A stretch of 63,463 bases of DNA, filler included, from Craspedostauros australis (taxonomy: Eukaryota): assembly GCA_030167865.1 (NCBI GenBank). It is 9 parts of 9 records of this genome, joined end to end, with 100 filler letters (N's around TTAATTAATTAA, not from the genome) between each part and the next. Parts side by side here need not be neighbours in the genome. Positions count along the whole stretch, not along the records: positions 1 to 26,986 come from JALAGF010004393.1; 8 more parts are not named here. One strand, given 5' to 3'. The notes under the pieces were generated by a model. The model made no database searches. It was given only the letters and a program-made list of their open reading frames with translations, and was not told the DNA's origin. Position numbers and translations under genes: made by a program. This document shows, one piece after another, positions 1 through 10,700 of this stretch. Numbering within the stretch: the stretch's first letter is position 1; every line of letters begins with the position of its first letter.

Positions 1-3
1 ATC

Positions 4-2070
4 ATGAAGACATCCATCACCAACACTATATGCCTCGTCGCACTCTTGCTGGCGACGCTCACATGGCACAACGCAGATGCTCGCGTCTTCAGTGCGGAGC
101 ATCACAGCCGTGACTCCCGCCGACGCGGAGTCCGCGGACAGCAAGACATCATCCGAGGTTCGCGCCGCGCCCAAGAATCGAGCAGCGGCAAGGGCGACAG
201 TGGAAAGGGAGATGATGGAAAAGGAGACGAAGGCAAGGGAGGGAAGGGCTACGACTGCTCCGGCAAGGGTGGAAAGGGAGGAAAGGGAGGCAAAGGCGGA
301 AAGGGAGATGATGGAAAAGGAGAAGACGGGAAGGGCGATGAAGGCAAGGGTGGAAAGGGTGGAAAGGGAGATGAAGATGAAGACGAGGACGAGGACTTTG
401 AGTGCATCTGTGACGAAGGCAAGGGCGGCAAGGGCGGCAAAGGAGGAAAAGGCGACGACGGCAAAGGCGGTAAGGGAGATGACGGCAAGGGCGGTAAGGG
501 AGATGACGGAGATGACAGCATCGATGGTAAGGGCGGCAAAGGTGATGAGGGCAAGGGTGGCAAGGGTGATGAGGGCAAGGGTGGCAGATCGTGCTGTTGC
601 TCTGAGCAACCCAGCAGCAGCCCAAGCAGCCCTCCGAGTCTCCAACCCAGCGAAATGCCATCCGTCGACCCAAACCGAATCCAAAAAGATCAACCAATCA
701 GTTTTGACTCCGCATCCGCAGAACCAACGGGAAATCCGACAGTGATTCCGACATCTGTTCCAACCTCCGTTCCCACCTTCCAGCCAACTCTGAAGCCCAC
801 ATCTGGACCGACATCTGGACCCACATCTGGACCCACATCTGCACCCACATCTGGACCCACATCGCAACCGACATCTCAACCGACATCGACGCCAACAGCC
901 AGTCCAACTATTCGTGACAGCTTCGGACCAACGATGGAACCAACCACCGATCCAACCGCGCAACCAACTTCCCAACCAACTTCGGGACCAACTTCGCAGC
1001 CAACTTCGCAGCCAACCGAAAGACCGACATCACAACCGACGTCAAACCCAACCTCGCAGCCAACAGCCAGTCCAACTATCCGCGATAGCTTCGGTCCCAC
1101 CATGGAACCGACCTCTAATCCAACCACAAATCCGACATCGCAACCGACGTCAAACCCAACCTCCCAACCAACATCGGCGCCAACATCGGCGCCAACAGCT
1201 AGCCCGACCATCCGCGAGAGCGTCGGACCCACAATGGATCCAACCGCAAATCCAACCGCGAACCCGACCTCGCAACCGACATCGGCACCAACAGGTAGTC
1301 CGACCATCCGCGAGAGCGTCGGACCCACAATGGATCCAACCGCAAATCCAACCGCGAACCCGACCTCGCAACCGACATCGGCACCAACAGCTAGCCCGAC
1401 CATCCGCGAGAGCGTCAGACCGACGGCTGGGCCAACTGTTCAGCCAACCACTGCCCCAAGCTCCCAACCAACAACGGCACCGACAGCCAGCCCAACTGTC
1501 CGCGACAGTTTCGAGCCCACGATGGACCCGACTGCTCAACCAACCGCAAACCCAACCGCGCAGCCAACCGCGCAGCCAACCACGCGGCCCTCCGGTCGTC
1601 CGAGCCTTCGACCAAGCTCGAATCCAACCTCGAATCCAACTTTGCAGCCAACCACAAGCCCCTCGTCCAACCCAACTTCAGGCCCAACATCGGATCCATC
1701 CTCTCAACCATCATCGGAGCCGAGCGTTGATCCGGACAGGAACCAGCCGGGCGGGCCACCAATTACATTCGGATCGGGCGATCCACCGACGAGCGCTCCC
1801 ACCGAGACAGTCACGCGCGAAACTCTCGATCCGACGCAGCCACTCCCAACGCGCATGCCTCCTTTGGTAGGCCACGATGACAGCAGCCCATTGCAGTGCG
1901 CTGGGGGATCCGGATGGCAGGACCAGTTCCCGGAGTACAAGCCATGCTATCAGGCCGATGACTGCACTGGAACCGACGATCCATTCAGCGGCAAGGTCGC
2001 GTGCTGTCTGAAGTCCTTCTGCTACTGCGCAGACTTCACGGACGTCTCCGAGTGCGTTCCGTACCCATAA
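4..2070 (+). CDS. Secreted Gly/Lys-rich, Pro-Thr-Ser (mucin-like) cell-surface protein with C-terminal 8-Cys domain (family member 1)
   Basis: 688-aa ORF. Hydrophobic signal peptide (…LVALLLATLTWHNADA|RVFS), Arg-rich pro-region, (GKG[G/D])n/acidic block and a CCC motif. A long PTxxPT region includes ~96-nt near-perfect repeats (ASPTIRESVGPTMDPTANPTANPTSQPTSAPT, ~1200-1420). C-terminal domain: C..GS.WQ..C..C..CCLKSFCYC..ECVP. Confidence 0.9.
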   Translation: MKTSITNTICLVALLLATLTWHNADARVFSAEHHSRDSRRRGVRGQQDIIRGSRRAQESSSGKGDSGKGDDGKGDEGKGGKGYDCSGKGGKGGKGGKGGKGDDGKGEDGKGDEGKGGKGGKGDEDEDEDEDFECICDEGKGGKGGKGGKGDDGKGGKGDDGKGGKGDDGDDSIDGKGGKGDEGKGGKGDEGKGGRSCCCSEQPSSSPSSPPSLQPSEMPSVDPNRIQKDQPISFDSASAEPTGNPTVIPTSVPTSVPTFQPTLKPTSGPTSGPTSGPTSAPTSGPTSQPTSQPTSTPTASPTIRDSFGPTMEPTTDPTAQPTSQPTSGPTSQPTSQPTERPTSQPTSNPTSQPTASPTIRDSFGPTMEPTSNPTTNPTSQPTSNPTSQPTSAPTSAPTASPTIRESVGPTMDPTANPTANPTSQPTSAPTGSPTIRESVGPTMDPTANPTANPTSQPTSAPTASPTIRESVRPTAGPTVQPTTAPSSQPTTAPTASPTVRDSFEPTMDPTAQPTANPTAQPTAQPTTRPSGRPSLRPSSNPTSNPTLQPTTSPSSNPTSGPTSDPSSQPSSEPSVDPDRNQPGGPPITFGSGDPPTSAPTETVTRETLDPTQPLPTRMPPLVGHDDSSPLQCAGGSGWQDQFPEYKPCYQADDCTGTDDPFSGKVACCLKSFCYCADFTDVSECVPYP

Positions 2071-3985
2071 GCCGCAGGCAATGTCGGCGCACCGATGCCG
2101 CCGTCCACGAACTCACTATCATGCCCAATCACTCTGGCTGCCATGCGAAGGTCATCTGTGGCGCGATTATTCACGCAGCCTGGATACCATCCCATGCACA
2201 GTCATCAATCTCGCTGAATGTAAAGTGATTCTCATTTGTGAGCATCTAGCACGTCGATGGCGCGGACCAGCATACTTCTTCGCTCGACTCTGCCCTCCCA
2301 GGCTCGTTCTATCCGAAGGCAGGAATGCCAGAGTTCAAACTATTCTGCATGATCGTGGATAAGAACGATGGAGGAGCAGCGGGGGCGCGAAGGAACAACA
2401 ATTGAAGAAATGATTGAACACATGAACACCCACTCAATGGATCAATGAATCAATGGATCAATGAATCAATGGATCAACCTTCGTCTCATCCCATAGCAGA
2501 CATGCCGCCCTCTTCCGGTGCGCTCCATCCCGCAATCCGCCTTCCAATCTGTACCAGTACATGCGCTACGTGCACAGCCTGTGTAACATAAAATACCATT
2601 ACATATTATTATATAATACGTGACATCTACATGCTCCGCTCATCAGTTATCCTGGCTGGCAAAGCATGTTGCTGTTATTGTTCTCGTTGTTGCAGATGTA
2701 GTCGAAGTCGCCTGTACTCCTGCACTCGTTGGTATAGATAATAGTGTGTCCATTGTGGGAACAGTGTCAGACAACAAAACGGCATTCAGATTCACCATCA
2801 ACATTCTGTTTTGCATTTATTGATCTGTATATGTATTTTGACATGACTTCCAACAATGGCGGGAAGACTTCGTGTTTCTTGTCGTGCACACGTCCCGCTT
2901 CTCCTTGCTTTCAATGTGCTTAGCGTTTCAATTTCCGATTCCCGCGTTGCAACAGACAGCTTTGGAAGAGTGAAATGGACAGCAAGGATGTTTCGCGTTT
3001 GTTTTTTTTGGCTTCTCCGTCCGTTACAGCATCACTGAAGCAATCCCGAGTTGTGCAGCACGACCCACTACCGTTATGCCAACGGTGTCACAATTATCTG
3101 GTCCTATCACAAAATTGGTTGGAACGGATGAATGCGCACCTCCGTGACGAACAACATGCAAAAATGGGGAGGTGGACACTGGTTCGCGAGTTTTGTTTAT
3201 AGTCAACCGTGTCGCATGTGACATATTTGTGTATTTGAGTCGTCTGTAGGACACTAAATAAACAAACAACGACCATACTCACAAGTCTGTTCTTATCCCT
3301 TCGGCCGAAAATCGCAGGGCGATTTTTGAAATGTCGGCGACGGGAATGGACTGGATAGCCCTACTTCGTTCCGATTGGGCAGGAGGAGCACGAACCCCCC
3401 AACGCTGCGAGCGTTTTAGCTCACATGTTGGTGTTGTCGTTGTCGTTGTTTGATTGTTTGTCGGGGGGTTAGTTTTGTCTGTTGGCCGAGGTGATGCCGA
3501 TGGATGTGGAAGCTGTTCACCTGTTGTTTCTCGCTTTGGTCTTGTGAGCGCCCAGCTAAGTGATGGACTATGCTTTCCCACGTTGATGTTCTGTCCCCGC
3601 ATCGCATGTGTGGGACCAGAGACATTGCGCCGCGCGACGATCGTTCTTGCGCATGGCAAGAGAGAAACCGGAGAAGTATTCGTCGACCGTACCGAAATGG
3701 GAAGCGTGTGTATTCGCATGGGACGTGGCATGGTGCCTGTGTGTATTGGCGGCACGCGAGATCACGCAACAACGCAGCACCACTCGTATTCCCCTTCAAC
3801 TCTTTCGCTCGTTTCGCAATCATTTTCAGACACAATCCTCATAACTCGAGCATCATTGCAATCGCTGCACCACCGTGGTCATACGCACACTCCATCACTT
3901 CATCACTTCATCACTCCAAGTGTATCAGCACTCATACACTCACCAATACACTCATTCACCAATACACACAAGTATAGCAGCAAAG

Positions 3986-5041
3986 ATGAGAGTATCAACA
4001 AACAGCATGATCTGCCTGATGGCACTGGTGGCTGCCACTGTCTCTCTGCAATCCGTGGAAGCTCGCGTGTTCAGCTCTGATTACCATGACCGCCGTTCGC
4101 GCAGCCGCGGAGTTCGAGGACAGGACCAAGAGGAAGACACAACGACGCGCCGCCTGAAGTCCGACGATGAAGGCAAAGGCAAAGGAGGCAAGGGCTACGA
4201 CGGCAACTCCACCTACGACTGCGATGACTTCGGCTTCGGCAAGGGCTACGGCAAGGGCAAGGGCAAGGGCAAGGGAGGCAAAGGCAAGGGAGGAAAGGGC
4301 GACGACGAGTCCGGCAAAGGAAAGGGCAAGGGTAAAGGCGAAGGAAAAGGCTACAACAGCACCATGGACGACGAGATGGCCTGTCTGTGCGTCGGTGAAG
4401 GCTACGGCAAAGGAGGCAAGGGCGGCAAAGGCAAGGGCGGAAAGGGCAAGGGTGGCAAGGGCGACAACAGCACCTACGCTGGAAAGGGCCACTACGGCAA
4501 GGGCTACGGCAACGAGACCTACGACGGCACCGGCCACTACGGAAAGGGCTACGGCAAGGGCAAAGGCAAGGGCGGCAAGGGAGACGACGAGTACTACCAT
4601 CCATGCTGCTGCGTCTCCGAAATGCCGACCGTCGATCCAGACCGCGATGAAGACGGCGGTCCGATCGATCCAAACACCGACACCCAGACACCAACCACCA
4701 TGCCAACCTCCGAACCCACTTCCGCACCCACTTCCGAACCAACCTCCGAACCAACGGAAACAACGTCCCCACCATCGGAGGAGAACGTGGACACCCTCGA
4801 TCCAACTCTGCCTCTTCCGACGCTCATGCCGCCGCTCTACGGACACGACGACTCGAGTCCTCTGCAGTGCGCGGCAGGATCCATGTGGCAGGCGATATCT
4901 CCAGAGTACAAGCCGTGCTTCGAGGCAGGCGACTGCGCGGGAGTGGATGATCCGGACACAGGCGCGATCTCGTGCTGCCTCAAGTCCTTCTGCTTCTGCG
5001 GTGGCTACGACATCCTCACCGAGTGTGTCCCAGCGGCCTAA
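3986..5041 (+). CDS. Secreted Gly/Lys/Tyr-rich cell-surface protein with short PTS linker and C-terminal 8-Cys domain (family member 2; paralog of 4..2070)
   Basis: ATG at 3986 follows a CA-rich leader. Signal peptide ends …SVEA|RVFS, followed by an RRL site and GKG/GKGY/GHYGKGY repeats. Shares ARVFS..RGVRGQ, CCC..SEMP.VDP.R and TLDPT.PLPT.MPPL.GHDDSSPLQC…CCLKSFC.C…ECVP with gene 4..2070. Confidence 0.9.
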   Translation: MRVSTNSMICLMALVAATVSLQSVEARVFSSDYHDRRSRSRGVRGQDQEEDTTTRRLKSDDEGKGKGGKGYDGNSTYDCDDFGFGKGYGKGKGKGKGGKGKGGKGDDESGKGKGKGKGEGKGYNSTMDDEMACLCVGEGYGKGGKGGKGKGGKGKGGKGDNSTYAGKGHYGKGYGNETYDGTGHYGKGYGKGKGKGGKGDDEYYHPCCCVSEMPTVDPDRDEDGGPIDPNTDTQTPTTMPTSEPTSAPTSEPTSEPTETTSPPSEENVDTLDPTLPLPTLMPPLYGHDDSSPLQCAAGSMWQAISPEYKPCFEAGDCAGVDDPDTGAISCCLKSFCFCGGYDILTECVPAA

Positions 5042-5939
5042 CTTCGCACACCCCAAGTTCGCACGACCGGCGTTCACGTGGCGTCCTTCATCGCAGTCGC
5101 GACTCAGGGAGGCCCAAGCAGTCTCGCCCTCGCGCGCAACAACACAAACAAGCACACAAACAAACAAACACGTACTCTGCGCGGCTCATCATGACACAAT
5201 GGCTCCATTCCGGAGTCCGGCATTCGTCAGCGCAGAGACTATCCACAGCTAAGATGCGCTTCCCCTCTTCCTCTTTCTCGCCATTCTTACATCGTCATCG
5301 CTATTGTCGTCACCATCGTCATCGCTACAGGGGCATGCGCCAATGTCCCGCAGCCTAACCAACAACCACCTTCACGCCAATGACACCCACGTACTATTAC
5401 ATGCACTTTTGCTAATTTCTTCTTGCGGAACGCACGCGTCCGCTTTGGAGAGAGTGTTGCCATGGTGTCATGGTGTTGTCGAGTGAAATGGGGTGGTCAA
5501 ACGGCGACGCAGCAGCATTGCCACTGACACTGGCAACAACACATGAGGCGATGAATGAAGGCGACGAGAGAGGCAGAAAGGGAATGCACAAGACGGCAAA
5601 CCTGAATGTACCGCGTCAGTGCGGTTGTATGGGGGAACACAATAGACCATCGCACCCTCGCCCTATATCATGTACCATAAATCTAGTCCAATACATCATC
5701 TCCAATCACTCTGCCAATGTGTGGTGACTCCTTTGCGCTTATCACGTTAGCATCCTGCCGCCTATGAGCTGCCGTGCTGTACGAGTGCGTACGGTGCGAC
5801 GTTGTATGGGAATGGCAACAGCATCTCTTGTGGTGCATTGGACGAATGATGGGAACAAGGAGAAGAGGGGGAGAATTGGATGGCCATCAGCGTACAACAT
5901 GCTATTGGCGCGACAAAAAAGGGGACATGTTACATTGCA

Positions 5940-5943
<4 letters not shown>

Positions 5944-5971
<28 letters not shown>
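5944..5971. repeat. (CT)n microsatellite
   Basis: Perfect CT dinucleotide run. Similar CT/GA runs occur at about 14791, 17407, 17738 and 19996. Confidence 0.9.
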
Positions 5972-5974
<3 letters not shown>

Positions 5975-7706
5975 TTCACATCTATTTCCACTTGCACTTG
6001 TACTTTCATTTCCACTTCCATTCCCAATCTCCATCGCACGACCACCACATTCGCAACCTTCCGCAACACATGAATGCACTCCAAAGCAGAGCTCTCTCCA
6101 AGTATTCCATTGTTGGTTTCTGCTTGGGAACGGTCAATCATGCCAAATACGGAAAGCTCCCTCCAGGATTCAACGAACGCAAACAGAAAGACAGACGTAA
6201 CCTCGGAGACCCATCTGCCCAAGGGGGACAACAGGCACCTGCTTTCTGCTCATCCTCGTGTTGCGCCATGCTTGGTGGGAGAACTGTTCTATCAGCATGC
6301 CGAGCGAGGAGCTCGTTGGTATAGTATTGGTGTGCACATGCATGCTGTCGGCACTTCATTCACATCGTGCTCACTCTGATCGGAGAAGGAACTTCACCTC
6401 GCTTTTCCGACAGCCATCCGATCCAAGTCCGATTGTGATATTGCGTTGCATGTGGGTTCAAAAGAGACAATCGCGGGAAAATGTGTGTCACGAAATAGGA
6501 CATGTGTTCGGCCTGCGTAACACATGGAATTTCGATATATTTCGTTGCATGTGATGTTGTCACACGTAGCCAAAGCGCGAACGCGAAGCGAGGCGGGAAG
6601 ACGTTGAACGAATGCGAACGGAAACAGACTCATTCAAAACCACAATGCGTGTGTTGACCGTGAATCTTTCTCTTCTTTTTCCCATGTTGTTGTTGCCACT
6701 TCCTGCCTCTCGAAGACTGATGGCAGAGGGCAAAAGCAGCGGCACAGGAGAGGATGGGTCGGCTGCATGTTTTCGAAATCGAATGGGTGAAGGTAGATGG
6801 AACATCAACACAAAGAGGCAGCGAGAGATGGTGAAAGATTCTGGCGCGGAGTGGTGTCATGCACACGCGGACTTCGGCAGGAAGTATTCGTATTCAAACC
6901 AAGGGAAGGGGGGAGAGAGATGGGGGTGACTATGGACATCTGATGCTGCACATCGGACTCCACATAATCCACCAACAAATCACGAACCAGCAACTGATGA
7001 GGGGCGACCTTTTGAATGGCAACTAACAGTTGAATCTTGCTCCCACCATCCAAAACTGAAGACTCTTCTTTCGCTGCTTCCGGATGTGCAAAAGTGGTCC
7101 TCTGCTTGATGGCATTATACCATACCATATCAGTGCCATAGATCGTACATCACGATTGATCTGCATCGCTGTCGCCTCGCTCCTGTTGCTCTCACTATTG
7201 GTATTCACTTCAGAGATCCCGCCGATCTGGTCCACATTCATCACAAGTTCCGTCACGCTAATCCCGATCGACGCATTGGCTTCGACATCGTGCCGACCAC
7301 ACCACAACACAACACTCCACTCCACGGTCCAAGATATCCTCCACGGCGCTCTCCACGATACCAATACTCTATCTGCTTGAACATCACGTTGGGATCGTGA
7401 TCTCACTTTCGAAGCACCGTGGCGCGCCACAAACATTAGCACAGGACTCGCAAGGGATACTGGCGGAGATATTGGTGGAGATAGTCTTGGAGATACCAAT
7501 CCACAACAAACAACCCTACCATACTCGTACCACACCTACGAGCAAGCACTTTCGAAGCGCGCCAAGATCAGAGCAGTTGGAACTGGACAGAGCAGTCGTA
7601 CTGGCATTTGGTAGTATTATAGTACATACCGTACGCCACCGACGAGGAGAGAGTGCAGAGTCCTCTGCTCTGTGAGTATCATACTCGTACGCACACGCTG
7701 TGAATC

Positions 7707-10700
7707 ATGGACTTCCTCTTTGGCAGGACAGCATCGCCAGCCCCAGCATCCACAACGACTCCCACAACGACCTCAGCCTTGGGTTACGATCGGACCAGAA
7801 CCAGTTCCACTTCAGCCATAAACTCAGATGGCAAGACAACAGCAAGAGCATCAACTTCAGCAACAGCATCATCACATTCGCAATCGAGAATAACACCAAC
7901 AACAACAACAACAAGAGGAAGAGGAAGAGAAAGGGAGTGGCGAACGCCCTCACACAGTACAGGCGCCACCTACCAATCGAGGTTTGACAGGGGCGAATCA
8001 AGGGCAAGCACAAGCACAAGCACCGGGAACGGTACTACCACGGGCATCGGACAAAGCATCGCCACAGGCCTTGCTCGATTCCAACAAGCAACCAGGCCGC
8101 TTCATCACCAACAGCAGCAGCACCAGCAGAACGAGTACGACGCAACGTTGCCATCTGCATCTCAGCCCGCTCTCGCATCCATATCTTCTGCACGAGCTTC
8201 ATCTTTCTCATACAACCCATCCAACCCATCCAACCCATACTCAGCGAGGGCATATTCGCACACGCAGAGCGCAGAACGCAGCACCACCTTGAGACCCTGG
8301 TCATCATCTATGAGTACGCGCAAACCGTCCGCATCTGACACTTCGCATACAACCATGGTGTCTTCTCTACCCACGCCTGCAACTGCATCAGCATCTGCAT
8401 CTGCATCCACCCCGGCGGCTACGAGTACATCAGCAGCCATGGCCACGAGCACGACCGCAACCACGACCACGGCTGTCTCTGTGTCCCAGAAGGACGACCT
8501 ATGCAGATCCGACACCGCCAGCAACAGCACGAGCGCCTCCCGGGGCCACCAATCCTTGCGTCTGCCTGCGCAAGAAATCAAGCTGCTGCGCTCCATCCTC
8601 ATGGATGAAAGCTACCTTTCCACCACCATGGACGATGACACCGTCGCGAACGCTTCCCACATCAGCATGGACAGCCTCCTCCCATCCAACATCAAGCCAG
8701 CAAGGGCCGAGCGCAAGTACGAGTACTTCCAGGACCTCCACAGTGAAGAGAAGAAGGAGACGGACCTCCCCGTGCCATCCATTCACGCCGGCAACAACAC
8801 GTCCATTCTCGCCATCAAGACCGACACTCCAACTGAGGAGTCCGGACACACTGCGTCGCCCACTCAATCGGAGTCTTCCGACAGTACCAGTACGAATGGG
8901 AAGTCCCATCGGGGTGCTTTTCCTGACAGCGCCACCTGCTCCACGGAGCACTTGCCACCAAGCCCACCCGACGAGCGCGAAGCAACCGACGTCCCGCCGT
9001 CCACGGCGTCCCTACCAGCACTAGCATCAGCACCAGCATCAAGCTTAGCCGCTGTTCCGCCTAGAGCCACCGACGGCGATGCTGACGGCAACAAGCCTGG
9101 CGCGGAACCGCCCGCTCCCGTCTCGTCCATTGGCGCATCGGCGAGATCCAAAATGAGACAGCTCGAGCAGACCTTTCTCGCCTTGCAGACACATGGAGCA
9201 ACGCTCATCTCGGCACCCTCTGCCTCCACCACCACTGCGAAGGCTCCATCTGCCGCAACACTCGAGCGTGTTCAGAGCGACGCGAGCGACAAGGCAGATG
9301 GCTTGACATGGCGCTTGGATAGCACCAGCATCTTTCGTGGTCTCAAGTCTCCTCCTGCGGTGGGTTCAACGACGATGGAATCATCGCTCATGGCACAGAT
9401 GCAGCGCACATCCTCCTCGATGTCATCGTCGAGGATCTTCGAGGATTCCACCACGTCCACCGAAGTCGACGCGGTGTCCATCAACGGACACGACAACGCG
9501 CACGGTGACGGCGCAAGCGTCAATGCGGCAGATTCCTCGTCTCAATCCGCCCCATCGCTGCTGACGCCCGCTTCCGTCGACTCCGCAACCGCTGACCTTC
9601 GTCGCGTTGCCGCGCTGGAACTGCTGGCCAAGGAAACCAGCCGAGGTTGGAACATCAACGGCCAGATGGCGCAGGTCGCCGATCAGAGGGTCCTGTCGCT
9701 GGCGGACGACGAAAGTGAAGGCGACTTCGATTTGCTTCTTGATCTCAGCCCTGGAAAGCACACCAGCGGTTTCGAGCCTGGCGATGCGGGCAACTCAAAA
9801 AGTGGCGCAGGCGGGAAAGCCCACAGGGGAAAAAAGACGCACGCGGATTCTTCGATTGGCATCACGCGGCTGATGGGGGCATCAGGACAGAAACCTGGAA
9901 ACGGCTCACAAACCACAAGCGCCACGGGCCATCCGAAGCGCCAAGACGCCACCATGGCCAACCGAAAGGCCCACAACAGCAGCGACCCTGGGACGCAGCC
10001 AGCGAAGCGCACGAGCACATTCGGCGACAACAACAACAAGAGCAGCCATAGCAATAACGGCAACAGCAGCAGCAGCCCTGCGACCTCACCGAAGAACAAC
10101 CTTCTGGTCGCACCGCTCGCACCTGGTGAATCCAGCGGCGATGATGACAACCACAGCAACATGAATGGCAACAACATGGACACCAGCAATGCGATCAACA
10201 CTGACGATGACATCGAAGCCAACCGCAACGGCAGCAACAATGGCAACAACGGCAACAACAGTCGCAGAAAGAACGGCAGCAACAATGGCAACAACGGCCC
10301 GATGAAAAAGGCCTTCAACAAGGGCTCGACAAGCCATCACTTCGAGATCACGAGCGAATCCAGCAGCGACAACGCCTCCTCATTTGTCTACAGAACCCCG
10401 TCCAACGACATGGGCAGCCTGGACGATCGCAGCGGCAGCGGCTCCGCGCGAAGACAGACCCTGCTGCCACGTTCCCAACATCGATCCGATGCCCTGGCAC
10501 CGCTGACAGACGATCCGCTGATCCTCCGCATGCCAAACACCGCGTTTGGAATCAGCATGGGGTTGGCTGGCAACGCCCTCCTCTGGAAGACGGTCGTGCA
10601 GGCTGACTTCCTCGTGGGGGGTGAGAGCGACAACGGAGAGCTCGCCGTGTTCCGCAAGGACAACATCGAGTTGGCCAACACCATCATGTGGTTTGCTGCC

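Noticed and set aside
77..1940. Long alternative-frame and antisense ORFs over gene 1 (also over 3986-5041, 7707-12029, 36473-37102 and 59872-61592)
   Set aside because: Shadow ORFs caused by repetitive, GC3-biased coding sequence; none has recognisable motifs.
1897..2070. Assigning the Cys-rich domains to frustulins
   Set aside because: The diagnostic C[EQ]GDCD…CFQR…VPGC pattern is absent.
2434..2477. (TCAATGGA/TCAATGAA)n 8-mer array; also the ATATC run at ~16965-16995 and the 12-mer ACGTACCAACCC array at ~47962-47995
   Set aside because: Short simple tandem repeats without spacers; no evidence of function.
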